Shown here one piece after another: positions 24,690-36,238 of a DNA stretch of 64,000 nucleotides. Position 1 is the stretch's first letter. Every line of letters begins with the position of its first letter. Below the pieces are notes generated by a model. That model had not been told where the DNA came from. It did not search any database and saw nothing but the letters and a program-made list of their open reading frames with translations. A program made the position numbers and the translations under genes. Source of the DNA: Basidiobolus meristosporus CBS 931.73 (taxonomy: Eukaryota; Fungi; Basidiobolomycota); assembly GCA_002104905.1 (NCBI GenBank), contig MCFE01000114.1:101976-165975 (forward strand), written 5' to 3'.

Positions 24690-24995
24690 AATGATGTGAA
24701 CAACTAGAGGACTTCCATGTTACTCACTTGTAGATTTATTAATCAAAAGTATGGTGTTTATACTTTTGATAAAGTAGAGCAAGCAAATGTGCAGAGTTTG
24801 TTACAGAAGGTCCCAAAAGTATGTGTGCAAAATTTGGGGGCTTTTGGACAACTTTGAGAAAGATCATAATCTGGGTACCTGATAATTTGGTAAAAATATA
24901 TGAAGTAAATCCCAACAAGAAATTTGGTCAGGACAGAATGTTAATCAAAGAATAAGATCTATGTGACTAAACTAGCATAGATATTTAGGAAGATT
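24690..24995 (-). repeat. Copia LTR of a diverged subfamily (C)
   Basis: Reverse complement aligns with 51360-51680 (atcaaaagtata, ctacaagtga, ggtacccagattatgatcttt). Confidence 0.75.
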
Positions 24996-25260
24996 CCATT
25001 GACCAGTCACTGTTTGCATGCAGAGCAACAGTACACAACATTACACAATTGTTGCCATTTTACCTTATCAATGAATTCAAGCCTAGAATTCCAGGTGACC
25101 TTATGCAACCAAAGCTTATGGATACAATGGAGGATGAGCTTCATTGGCCAAACAGAAAACAACTCTGGCAAAAAGCCTCCAAGAAGCACAAAACAGATTC
25201 TTGCAAAGTGCTGCAAAGATAAAGACAAGATTTGACAAGCAGATAACACCTCAAGCACTG
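24995..25260 (+). pseudogene. Ty3/gypsy integrase C-terminal remnant
   Basis: SLFACRATVHNITQLLPFYLINEFKPRIP...LQEAQNRFLQSAAKIKTRFDK. Confidence 0.6.
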
Positions 25261-25946
25261 ACTTTTAGGATTTTTGCCTTACTTGGGAATAGCACATGGA
25301 AAAGATGCTATAGGCATATGTATCTCTATGAGCATCTCAGTGCTTATTGCTCGCAACTCTTCTACACTGACCTCAACTTGCCAACTAGTCATATCCATCA
25401 CAGACTGATGAGATATCCTTGATCATATTTATATGTAATGGTACCAATACTGCCAACATAGCAATATTCCAAATGGGTCAACCAGTAAATACAGTGATCT
25501 TTCAAAGCACCAAAGTTCTAGTTTCAAAATATATCCAATGCGCTTAGAGTTTTAGTAGATTATTTGTGCGTAATGCCTCATACCATTCTCATGCACACAT
25601 CTCCACCTCCATTGGTTTTCTTTTGCCCACTGCCAGTAACAACAGTAAAGTTCCATTCTTCTGGTGTGATAAAACCAAGTGGACCATACCACCAACTCAC
25701 TATTAACTGTAGCACCATGAATTTTGTGTTACATCGATCCTCATTTGACCTGGATGATTATTGGTGCCAACCAACCCAGATCACTCCCAAGCCCCACACG
25801 TGTGCTTGGTATCATTGTACCACTGCCAATGACTGAGGCATCCATATCGATCCATGAAGGAATAACCATGACCTGGATACTAGGTAGATACAACTTTATT
25901 GAACCAGAATCAGAAACGCTATATACATCTTTAGCAAGGGATTGGC

Positions 25947-27317
25947 TTAGTAGTCCATACTGAAGTCATTCTCAAATGCGAACACATTGTAGGTATCATT
26001 ATATATATCACCATCCCCCATGTTGTTCCTGTACCCGTTCAACATTCGGTAGAACTTCCGACCGATCTTGGCATCGACCCAGGACTCGTTGAATAGCCGC
26101 TTACAAGCCGCCACATACTCGTAGGGGATGCTGGTCCGTGGAACTCCTTTTTCCGATCGTTGATCATACTCGATCGCCATCAGCTGGAGCACTAGCAGGT
26201 CGTACGAGGTCGGCATACTGAGCTCCTCGCTTACAATGGCCCTTTTGATCACTTCAAAGGAAGGGACTTTCATTTTACTTCCACCCATCAGGTCAAAGAG
26301 CTGGTCATTGTCCTTGTAAAACTTCACCCTCTTGGAGAAAATGGCCTCTCGAATCATTTCGTGAGTAGCGAAGGAACGTTTGGATTTGAACTGGGGATAA
26401 TGGACGCTCACGTTGTTTCCGTAAAGATCTCTGCAGTAGATCAGATACAGCGTCTTGTTTCTGGGGTAGGGCACCAGCAAGCATCGCTCCCTGTGGATCA
26501 TTTGCACACGGGTAGCGATGGACTTCATCATTCGACTAATCGACTTCTCAGACACCAGGAGCGCTTTCTTCTTCAGCCTGCCACGAACGGCGTCGACCAC
26601 GAAGTATGTGTTCGAGGTTTTGTCCGCGATGGATTTGAGGTATTTGAGTGGCTCCAGAAGGATGTCGGTGCTTGTCGAGCCAGCGGGTAGGAAATTCAGC
26701 AGGGCACACGTGTAATTCGCCATGCTATCTCGTTTCAGGAATGGGATGCTGTGCACAAGCTCCTGGTCCAAGCTGAAGATGATTCTCAAGATCAGCTTCT
26801 CGTAATGACGCGGTAGAAATCTCTCGTGGTTCATGTAGGTGGTGTGGAAACAATCGGCCACAAGCGGTAGAGCAAGAGCGATGTTTTCGGCCAAATAATG
26901 AGGATCATTGTAGGTATCTTCGTTGAGGCCAAACTCGCCAAAATCCTCCACCGGGTCAGCTCCAGCCAGCTGGTAGCGAAGCATTGCTCGATGGAACTGC
27001 TTGATTTCAATCCTTTCTCTCAACTCAGGAGGCAACTCTTCTGGCGTGTTGGATTGGGGAAATTGAGTCTTCTCAGCTGGCTGTAGGTCTTGCGGGTGGT
27101 CGATGATTTTGTGTTCGGCGATATAATCCGCGATGAGCTGTCTCACCTCGTCCTCAGAAGGTCGGATCAAGTAAGGAATCTGCTCCCATTCGGGATAGAC
27201 TTGTGAAAACACTTCCTGCTCCGCTTCAGCTAGTTCGAGGAATACTGCCGGTTCGCTCGACTGAGAACAACTGCTGCTCGCACCCCTTGACCCGGATGCT
27301 TTGACAGAGAATCGCAT
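25947..27317 (-). CDS. Intronless orphan protein A, 456 aa, no recognised domain
   Basis: Long uninterrupted CpG-rich ORF with a paralog 2092 bp away; TATA-like element ~35 bp upstream is shared with the paralog. Confidence 0.85.
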   Translation of the reverse strand: MRFSVKASGSRGASSSCSQSSEPAVFLELAEAEQEVFSQVYPEWEQIPYLIRPSEDEVRQLIADYIAEHKIIDHPQDLQPAEKTQFPQSNTPEELPPELRERIEIKQFHRAMLRYQLAGADPVEDFGEFGLNEDTYNDPHYLAENIALALPLVADCFHTTYMNHERFLPRHYEKLILRIIFSLDQELVHSIPFLKRDSMANYTCALLNFLPAGSTSTDILLEPLKYLKSIADKTSNTYFVVDAVRGRLKKKALLVSEKSISRMMKSIATRVQMIHRERCLLVPYPRNKTLYLIYCRDLYGNNVSVHYPQFKSKRSFATHEMIREAIFSKRVKFYKDNDQLFDLMGGSKMKVPSFEVIKRAIVSEELSMPTSYDLLVLQLMAIEYDQRSEKGVPRTSIPYEYVAACKRLFNESWVDAKIGRKFYRMLNGYRNNMGDGDIYNDTYNVFAFENDFSMDY

Positions 27318-27677
27318 TTGATGGCTTATTACAGGTAGCCTAGTCAGGAATATATGTACTCTCTCGGTTCATAGCTGTTCCGATCATCGCAGGTGGCGTG
27401 GCAAATCGCTATTTTCTGAGGGTTTGACATCCCAAATTGGTAGATAAAGCTAATGGCGTTGTCTGGATAGTCCACTCAGCCGATGATGTCACGTAGCAAG
27501 AATATCTCATTGTGCTATTCCATGGATCGAGCCTAGCAGGACAGTGTTAACTAACAAGGTTCCCTCGGCGAGAGTATATAATATGGGCATCACCCTTGCC
27601 AGTCTGCGTCAGATTCTTTTGAGTTGGACTACAACTACTGCTACCCTTTGGATGGATTTCATTAGTAGTTACAGAGT

Positions 27678-27731
27678 ACATTCGGTGGAACTTCCGTGGA
27701 ACTGAGGATAATGAACGCTCACGTTGTTTCC
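27678..27731 (-). pseudogene. 54-bp relic of the orphan gene in the spacer
   Basis: 27678-27696 matches 28134-28152 (1 mismatch) and is fused to 27696-27731, which is identical to 28474-28509. Confidence 0.8.
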
Positions 27732-28038
27732 ACGAAACGGAATCTGGTTCCAGTTGAAAATGTTGTGTTGGCTCTCATTTGACTGCCTGTGGGTTTGCTG
27801 GATGATTTATGCCCAATGTCCCATACTATGACCACTGCCTATAATTACTCTCTTGATGGGCTTCCTCGATATATTTGGCCACCCAGAGCACTCTCGGAGG
27901 CATACATAGAAAATCAAAGGATGCCGCTTTCAAAATGACGATTCCGCGGTAAATGATTAGTACCTCGTTGCTGGATAGATACAGTATTTACTGAACAAGA
28001 ATCAGAGACGCTATATACATCTTTGGCACGTGATTGAC

Positions 28039-29406
28039 TTAGTAGGCCATGCTAAAGTCATTCTCAAATGCGAAAACATTGTAGGTATCGTCATATATAT
28101 CACCATCCCCCATGTTGTTCCTGTACCCGTTCAACATTCGGTAGAACTTCCGACCGATCTTGGCATCGACCCAGGACTCGTTGAATAGCCGCTTACAAGC
28201 CGCCACATACTCGTAGGGGATGCTGGTCCGTGGAACTCCTTTTTCCGATCGTTGATCATACTCGATCGCCATCAGCTGGAGCACTAGCAGGTCGTACGAG
28301 GTCGGCATACTGAGCTCCTCGCTTACAATGGCCCTTTTGATCACTTCAAAGGAAGGGACTTTCATTTTACTTCCACCCATCAGGTCAAAGAGCTGGTCAT
28401 TGTCCTTGTAAAACTTCACCCTCTTGGAGAAAATGGCCTCTCGAATCATTTCGTGAGTAGCATAGCACTTGGAGTGGAACTGAGGATAATGAACGCTCAC
28501 GTTGTTTCCGTAAAGGTCTCTGCAGTAGATCAGATACAGCGTCTTGTTTCTGGGGTAGGGCACCAGCAAGCATCGCTCCCTGTGGATCATTTGCACACGG
28601 GTAGCGATGGACTTCATCATTCGACTAATCGACTTCTCAGACACCAGGAGCGCTTTCTTCTTCAGCCTGCCACGAACGGCGTCGACCACGAAGTATGTGT
28701 TCGAGGTTTTGTCCGCGATGGATTTGAGGTATTTGAGTGGCTCCAGAAGGATGTCGGTGCTTGTCGAGCCAGCGGGTAGGAAATTCAGCAGGGCACACGT
28801 GTAATTCGCCATGCTATCTCGTTTCAGGAATGGGATGCTGTGCACAAGCTCCTGGTCCAAGCTGAAGATGATTCTCAAGATCAGCTTCTCGTAATGACGC
28901 GGTAGAAATCTCTCGTGGTTCATGTAGGTGGTGTGGAAACAATCGGCCACAAGCGGTAGAGCAAGAGCGATGTTTTCGGCCAAGTAGTGAGGATCATTGT
29001 AGGTCTCTTCGTTGAGGCCGAACTCGCTGAAGTCTTGCGTCGGATTGCAGCCTGCTAACTGGTAGCGAAGCATTGCTCGATGAAATTGCTTGATTTCAAT
29101 CCTTTCTCTCAGCTCAGGAGGCAACACATCGGGTGTGTCGGAATGAGGAAACCATTTCTTTTCAGCCGGCTGCAGGTCTTGTGGGTGGTCGAGTATTCTG
29201 CGTTCGGTGAGATAGTCTGCGATGAGTAGTCTCACTTCATCCTCTGATGGTCGGATCAAGTGCGGGATCTGATCCCAGAACGGATAGACCATTGGAAAGG
29301 CTTCTTTCTCATTTTCTGTGAGCTCCAATGTGCTCTCCAGGGCCCTCGTACGGAGAGTAGCGCGATCTTTACCCTTTGAACTGGATGGTATGGCAGGAAA
29401 CTTCAT
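28039..29406 (-). CDS. Intronless orphan protein B, ~455 aa (upstream in-frame ATG at 29445 possible)
   Basis: Paralog of 25947-27317; MKFPAIPSS start matches MRFSVKAS of copy A; C-terminal ~310 aa nearly identical. Confidence 0.85.
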   Translation of the reverse strand: MKFPAIPSSSKGKDRATLRTRALESTLELTENEKEAFPMVYPFWDQIPHLIRPSEDEVRLLIADYLTERRILDHPQDLQPAEKKWFPHSDTPDVLPPELRERIEIKQFHRAMLRYQLAGCNPTQDFSEFGLNEETYNDPHYLAENIALALPLVADCFHTTYMNHERFLPRHYEKLILRIIFSLDQELVHSIPFLKRDSMANYTCALLNFLPAGSTSTDILLEPLKYLKSIADKTSNTYFVVDAVRGRLKKKALLVSEKSISRMMKSIATRVQMIHRERCLLVPYPRNKTLYLIYCRDLYGNNVSVHYPQFHSKCYATHEMIREAIFSKRVKFYKDNDQLFDLMGGSKMKVPSFEVIKRAIVSEELSMPTSYDLLVLQLMAIEYDQRSEKGVPRTSIPYEYVAACKRLFNESWVDAKIGRKFYRMLNGYRNNMGDGDIYDDTYNVFAFENDFSMAY

Positions 29407-30831
29407 TGATTGATAGCTGTGTGTGTTGTGGATGATAGGATACACTGGAGCGTATATGTATTCCTTCGGTCCATATCATATCCGACTTTCACAACGCGGC
29501 TAGTGAGTGGCGTGAACAGAATGAGGAACGATATCCCTAATTAGTTGGCAAGGGTGGACGGTGGTGTATTGAATCACCAGGCCATAAATCGTAAACGCAA
29601 TTAAATTCTAGCGTTTCTTGGCATCCTATGATGCAATTTGATGGCCCATGTAAGGAAATCGGTCGGACCATGCCATATAGTTCCCATCTAATGTGACAAC
29701 CTTTTCTATAAGACTTATGGTGTTGTTGGTGCAGACAACTCAGCGATACATGCTTCCGATTGCGGCCAAGTATACCACTGAGGCTATCAGGCTATATAGC
29801 ATTTGTGTACATGAAATGAACAGAAGATATCTCATTGTCTTAGGGCCATTGTTCTAGCTATACATACCTACATTTATAAGCATCCATAACCTACCCTGGA
29901 TTAATCCACGAAACTATTCGAGCTTGAATGAGTTACCAAACCGTTCAAAACCCAGGACCTTTACGAACAGCATTCCAAGGCCTTGCCCAACGTTCCTATT
30001 CGTATTAACGTTTAACAGGAGTAGATACCCCGCCTTCAACCTGCGAAGATAACTCGATTTTCAGTAGGGAATTGCCACTGGGACCTGGTTTGGTCAACAG
30101 TCGGGGTCAGGGTGGAAGAAGGATGGCCGAGATGGATAGGTTTAGGGTTAGTTTCCCTTGGTTTGCCAAAGACTTAGGTTCAGTTGAAGGCGAAAGTCGT
30201 TACACGAGAAAGCGAATATACATTGCGCCAATCATAGGGACACATCGCGAATACCCTTATATGCTATGGGTAAATGAGGCTCTTCCTACTACATGTACAG
30301 TTGGCAAAACCTCCACTTTGTCCCTCACCTTCCCGAAACCATTATATCAAAAGACTCCTCCAAACTATTGACCGATGCTCCACCTATTGGAGCAAGGGCC
30401 ACGGTAAAAAATGAGGGAATTCGCTGTTGGAAGATTATGGCCAAGCCAAGGAGGCCGTCCATTTCCTAGCCCAGGTGCAGGTGACGCTATGTGAGGTCAC
30501 GTTTTGTCGAATAGTGAGAATCCGAGGCTGCAGTTGGATGGATGAATAACCAGTTTCTCCCCGTGGGAAGAATGCCCTCCACGCTACAGACCAACTTCCA
30601 AACCAAAGCCTGCCCACCAATCTCGCCGGCCAGTTTACTGGAAGCAGGTGTATCCCAATCTGGAATCAGGCCGAGGGTGGCATGAAATACTCCCATTGGG
30701 AGATCCCGTAGACTCGTCATCAGCGAATTCGATTCCGCAATCCCACGCATCAAAATTAGTCATGGCGAACCACATGGATTGGACCGATATAATGCCGCGA
30801 AGATCACCTCTACCGAGTATACGAATCCAAC

Positions 30832-32043
30832 ATGGACCCTTCCCTCGCCAGCCTGCGCCAGATTCCGTTTGGTCAGTCGGCCAGAAAATTGTATCCCTTG
30901 GAGCCGGGATACACCAACTTAAATAACGGAAGCTTCGGGACGGTTCCGTTGTACGTGGAAGCGGCGAGACGTGAGTGGTTGGACAGGAGTGAAAAAAACC
31001 CCGACAAATGGTTACGTCATGACTACTTTCAACAGTACGAACGGGTCAGAGATGAAGTGGCCGACTATGTGGGAGCCGAGAAAGAGAACCTAGTATTCGT
31101 ACAGAATGCGACGAACGGAGTGAACTCTGTGGTCAGGTCGCTGAACTTCAAGCCAGAGGAGAAGGTAGTATATTTCAGCACCACGTACAACGCGGTGAAG
31201 CAGCTTCTCTTCTACCTCCGGGATTCCCAACGCTTGTCCCTAGTAGAGGTCCAAGTGGACTTCCCCTTCAAAGACGAGGACCTGTTGAAACAGGTCGGAG
31301 AGTTGTTGGACCGAGAGCCGAATATCAAGCTGGCCATCGTGGATGCAATCTCCTCGGTCCCCGCCCTGCTTTTCCCCTTCGTAGAGCTGAATAAACTCTT
31401 CAAGTCGAGGGGCATCACGGTTTTGGTGGATGGGGCGCATGCGTACGGCCAGATCCCGTTGAAGCTTGAAGAGTGCGGGGCAGACTTTTTCGTCACCAAC
31501 ATCCACAAGTGGGGTCAGAGCTCACGCCCGTGTGCCCTACTGTACGCTACGAAGAAGCAGCAAATGAACATCCACCCTTCCAGTATATCCCACGGTTACG
31601 AGACGCGCAGTTTCTATGAGGATTTTCAATGGACAGGCACGACAGATCTTAGTCAAATCATGTCGGTGTCCGCTGCGCTCGCGTACCGGAAGGCTATAGG
31701 GGAGGAGAGAATTCTCCGGTATATCCACGAACTGGCAGTGAAGGGGGGTCAGAAAGTCGCGACCATTCTCGGAACTGAGGTGATTGGTGACGAGCACCAG
31801 ATTCCAGCCATGGTCAATGTCAGACTGCCTTTATCCGCACAGCATGGGGACAAGCATATTCGTCAGCTGGCGGTCACGCTGCTCCAGAAATTCAATGTAG
31901 CCGTCTCGATTTATCAATACAAGGGCACCTGGTATACACGGCTATCCGCGCAGATCTTCAATTCCCTTGAAGAGTTCGAGCGGGTCGGCTACCTGATCAA
32001 GGAATTGATCGAAGGAAGAGATCCGCCCACCACCAAGCTTTAA
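30832..32043 (+). CDS. egt2: PLP-dependent class V aminotransferase, Egt2 (hercynylcysteine sulfoxide lyase) / cysteine desulfhydrase-like, 403 aa, intronless
   Basis: LNNGSFGTVP, VFVQNATNGVNSV, DAISSVP, LVDGAHAYGQ, FVTNIHKW (PLP lysine), RLSAQIFN; exact substrate not provable from sequence. Confidence 0.8.
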   Translation: MDPSLASLRQIPFGQSARKLYPLEPGYTNLNNGSFGTVPLYVEAARREWLDRSEKNPDKWLRHDYFQQYERVRDEVADYVGAEKENLVFVQNATNGVNSVVRSLNFKPEEKVVYFSTTYNAVKQLLFYLRDSQRLSLVEVQVDFPFKDEDLLKQVGELLDREPNIKLAIVDAISSVPALLFPFVELNKLFKSRGITVLVDGAHAYGQIPLKLEECGADFFVTNIHKWGQSSRPCALLYATKKQQMNIHPSSISHGYETRSFYEDFQWTGTTDLSQIMSVSAALAYRKAIGEERILRYIHELAVKGGQKVATILGTEVIGDEHQIPAMVNVRLPLSAQHGDKHIRQLAVTLLQKFNVAVSIYQYKGTWYTRLSAQIFNSLEEFERVGYLIKELIEGRDPPTTKL

Positions 32044-32499
32044 GCCCCCCCCCAATCCATACCCATGCCAGGGAATTTTTCCCGATGGCGCACCACCAGT
32101 AGCACCGAATTTAATAAACGCTAAAACTAGAAAGATCCCCTCTAACTCCCCGGCGGCAATGCTGGACACCTGTTAAATCTGGTCTGCCCTGTGCAAATCC
32201 TTGCTTTGTTGTAGGGACACATGGAGTGCTCGACGCCAGACTGTCATCCAATTGGTCTGGATGCGCGCGCGAGAACCAATCTGGTCGAGATCATGCTCCT
32301 CACTCCGCTCAACCCTAAATCAATCAGCCATGGTTCTTAGGACAGTCACACGAATTGCCAGTGCACTGGAGGACCATCCAACACATGACATGAGGAACTG
32401 GCAACCGGAATTCCTTGATTATTAGCCATGGTTGTATATAAGGTGGCGCGGCCTACACAAAGACACCACCTGCACCCAAGCCATTTCCTCACCTCGCGG

Positions 32500-33644
32500 A
32501 TGATTCAACCTTTACTAAACTTCACCTGTCTAGCCATAGTGACGCTGGGCATTGTCGCGGCGCAAGATTCCGGCGAAGGGTATGTTTTCAAATGCGACCA
32601 GCCGGGCAACTTCGCGCTGACCTTCGACGATGGTAGGAGAGATGGATGGCCCACCCCAGCCTCATCACCACCTTGGTACTCACAACATCCCCCCTCATTC
32701 TTTCCACAGGGCCAAGTCCGTACACTGGCACTTTGCTCGGAATCCTAAAAAGCAACGCCATCAAGGCCACCTTCTTCTCTGTTGGCACACAGGCGGCCGA
32801 TGCCAGTATCTCCAAGTATCTCAAACAGGCCTACGACGAGGGTCACCAGATCGCTTCCCATACGAACACCCACGCGGATCTCAACAAGCTTTCGCCAGAG
32901 AAAATCAAGAGCGAAATGAGCCTCACCGCAGATGCCATCCGGCGTGCTACCGGCGTAGTGCCCGCCATGATGCGCCCTCCCTACGGGAACTGCAATGAGC
33001 AGTGCAGGGGAATCATGAAGGAGATGGGCTACACCGTGATACAATGGAGCGTGGACTCCAATGACTGGCAGTATATGGGACAGCCAGACAAATGGGACCT
33101 GCTCGTATCCAACGTCAACAAGGTCGTAAGCGCATCCAACCCACAGTCGGACTCTTTCATCTCCCTGCAGCATGACATCCACCAGTTCAGTGTGGAGAGA
33201 ACCCCCAAGGTGATCGAGTCCATCAAGGCGAAGGGGTACAAATTTGTTACCGTCTCTCAGTGCTTGGGCAACCGTTTCCCGATGTATCAAAATCTGGCCA
33301 ATCCCGATCCCTCAACTTCAGTGTCGACTCCTGGTCCAAGTTCATCAACACCTATCCCTAGCTCCTCAACCGCTGCCCCCAACAATGGCACTTCTAGCGT
33401 CACAGGTAGTATAACCAGTCCTACCTCTCTGGTCAGCAGCATCAGCACCTCTGCTGCGACAACTCTCTCCTCTACCAAACTCAGTAGTACTACGGAACAA
33501 ACCTCTGCTCCAACCAGTGTGAGCCCAACCTCACCTTCCTCCCAGCCACCACGTGTCACCAATAATCTCTCGCTGAACATCCCGACCTCGAGATACGTCG
33601 TCTCTCTGCTTGCGGTTTGTTTAGGCTATGCAATCCAGCAGTAG
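32500..33644 (+). CDS. Chitin deacetylase (CE4/NodB) 1, secreted, S/T stalk, probable GPI anchor
   Basis: Signal peptide; TFDD-G split by intron 32633-32709; SHTNTH, RPPYG, DSNDW, LQHD motifs; hydrophobic C-terminus. Confidence 0.93.
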
Positions 33645-34011
33645 GTTTAATCTTAATCTGATCGACGAGTACACACGATACCCCTTTATCTTTATCATGC
33701 ACATTCGCCGCGCGACCAATCGGGCATTGTTTCGGCCGAATAAAGTAATCTTGACTGAACCTAAATTATCCCTTGATCGTAATCGGCCTGGGGAAATCAT
33801 CGGACAGCAATGGGTTGGGGCAAATGCGAACGCTGGCATTGGTTTATTTTTACAGAGCAATCTCGGTTGTTTTGATAACATCATTAATTATACAAATAAT
33901 ACGAGGACTGTGGTGTTGGAAGCATTAGTCCGGGTTAACTTTACAGGTCGTCGTTAGGTGCGCGGGGACGAAATATATACAAGCAGTAGGTCACCCTCAG
34001 TGAGATCAGGC

Positions 34012-34248
34012 TCAACGAGTGTAGGTGAGAATCACTTTGTATCGTAGGGCCAACGCACGATGGTACTCGATTTCCTTTGAGGATTGGAATCGAGGACTCC
34101 GGGGAGAAGGGAAAGAGGAGTCGTGGACTGGCTTCGAATCTGAGTAACGTTCAGGCACCATATAGTAATCGTACTGGTTGGCCTCTTCAGGATCAATTTG
34201 AAATTCGATGGCGTTGGAAAAATAGTTGTATGTGTCGACGTAAGTCAT
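34012..34248 (-). CDS. Possible small hypothetical protein (78-aa ORF, may be spliced)
   Basis: ORF with plausible composition (MTYVDTYNYFSNAIEFQIDPEEANQYDYY...) and TATA-like ctataaaa upstream; no homology recognised. Confidence 0.3.
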   Translation of the reverse strand: MTYVDTYNYFSNAIEFQIDPEEANQYDYYMVPERYSDSKPVHDSSFPSPRSPRFQSSKEIEYHRALALRYKVILTYTR

Positions 34249-35000
34249 GATGATAAAGGATTACTTGTGTACAACGAAAATAACTCTACTAACTGCCGCA
34301 CCCGGTGGGTTTTTATAGAGGTGAGGACGGCGAAAACATTCCCGACCATCGCAAGCCTCAAATTCTTCCCATATTCGGAACCGGGAATTGCCAAACTGCG
34401 CATTTCCTGATTAGGTCTTGGCACGAATGCTTAGTATTCCATCGATTGCGGCTTGGTTTACAAATCAATCAATATATGCTGACTGGGAAAGCAGCAGCTA
34501 GCTGAAATCGAAAGCCTATTTACCATCCAAACCGGCGTCACCATAGGCGAGTTCTGACTAATTATTATTAATGGGCGCTTCCGAGTTCACCCATTGGGTT
34601 TGACATTGGTTTGATCCTCAGCCAACCACGGCTCTTGTATCATATGGACGTCATTCACATGCATAAACAGCCAAGGCTGAGGCATCGAGGCTAAATCGAT
34701 CGAGGATAGCCAATTCGAAATCTTTCCAGATTATCACCTGCATCGCCGAGCGCCGAACTCGGTTAAATGGATCAGCGTTATCTGCGATCCCAATCTTCTC
34801 CACAAGGTTAGAAGGGATGGAAATTGGGAAATATGGGCTTTATCAAGTTGCTTGAAGCGAAGTGTTCGTGGCTTAATCAGCCAATGGCGAGCATTCATCT
34901 ATCCTAATTTATGGGAATTCAGCGAAGGTATTTATCTGTAGGGTTATCTGGTTTTCTATGGAAGGGAGGGGGGCAGTATTACAAAAGGTTAATGAATAAT

Positions 35001-36238
35001 TTAGTCCAAGGCGATGTCTTCCATCAATTTGGCCATCTCCTCGCTTGATCGGACCATCAGTCGGAGCTCGGCATTTTCATCCTGGAGGTCGCGGAAGCGG
35101 GTGCATTTCTCTAGATGGGATTGCTATACACTAGATTAGCTTTGTGTGCGACTGGAATCTCAGATTCCGTACTGACTTTCAGATCCTCGTAGTCCTGCTC
35201 GAGACAACTCAGCTTTGTCTGCAGATCAATCCGGAGTTTCGTCACGTGGACTATCTCCTGGCGATACTTTTTGGATTCTCGATCGAACTTCTCCACCTAG
35301 TCCAAGGCAAGGCTGTTTAACTACCAGATGGACGATGGGCTGATAAAGCATGCCTACCATTTCCTTGACCGTGGTGTTGAACGAGTGTCTGTCTTGCTCG
35401 GCCAGATCGCACTGCTTCGTGACATAAGCCACAGTTTCCTCGAATTCCTGGATCTTCTCGTTCAGTTGGTGGTTTTTCTTTCTCAATGCCTCATTGTCCC
35501 TGGCCAACTGCAAGATCTTTCATGGCTACATGTTAGTTGCCAGGATTGGATTGGATTGGATTGAATGGCGCCGCCGTTTACTCACCTCACTCTCCGATTT
35601 GTTCGCCTCTGCCTCAAGCCGTTTGCACAGGTTGTCAATCTCGTGTTGATGCTGGGTGGCAAGCTGGGATTTCGTGTGTTAGATTGGAGCGGAGGGATAT
35701 GACCCACGCCTGAGGTACCTTGCTTTGCCATTCCGCGAATTGATCCTCGAGCTCTCGTAGCTGTCCTTGGGTCACCTGAAGCGTATCTGTACAAATGGGT
35801 TCACACCATCACTTGTGCTATACCAGGCAGCGGAGACTAACCTTTATATTGCTGATTATCAGCCTCCAGCGACTGCAGTTTCTCTGTGGCTCTTTGCTCT
35901 GCCTGGGACTTTTCATCCAAGCTACTCTTCAACGCCCCGATCTCGGTATCCTTGAACAAGAAAGATCAGTTGAGCGACGAATGAACACCCGTCGATTGCG
36001 GAGATTACCTGGGAGCTTAGTTTCAGGAGCAAGCGACGGACACACTCCTTCAATTCTGATGGATCATCCTGTGAGGCAAGCCAGATTAGCTAGGGTTGGG
36101 TGGTCAAGATTTGGTGGAGGTGACCTCAGTTTCCAAAAATAGCCCGACATCGCCGAGTTCCTGGAGAAATTGCGGTTGGCTGGTGAAAAATTTGGCACGC
36201 CCGAAACTTAACCTAGGGAACTTGGCGTTGGCAAGCAT
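35001..36238 (-). CDS. Multi-exon coiled-coil hypothetical protein
   Basis: Series of GT..AG introns joining heptad-rich exons (DTEIGALKSSLDEKSQAEQRATEKLQSLEADNQQYK; ARDNEALRKKNHQLNEKIQEFEE; VEKFDRESKKYRQE); start uncertain. Confidence 0.7.

Noticed and set aside
30832-32043. Ergothioneine biosynthetic cluster
   Set aside because: No Egt1 (methyltransferase/sulfoxide synthase) in the window; the enzyme family also includes cysteine desulfhydrases and epimerase-like proteins.
26361-33580. Antisense or overlapping ORFs such as 26361-26690, 28453-28779, 31212-31508, 32745-33290 and 33287-33580
   Set aside because: Shadow frames of GC-rich genes on the opposite strand; no motifs or independent signals.
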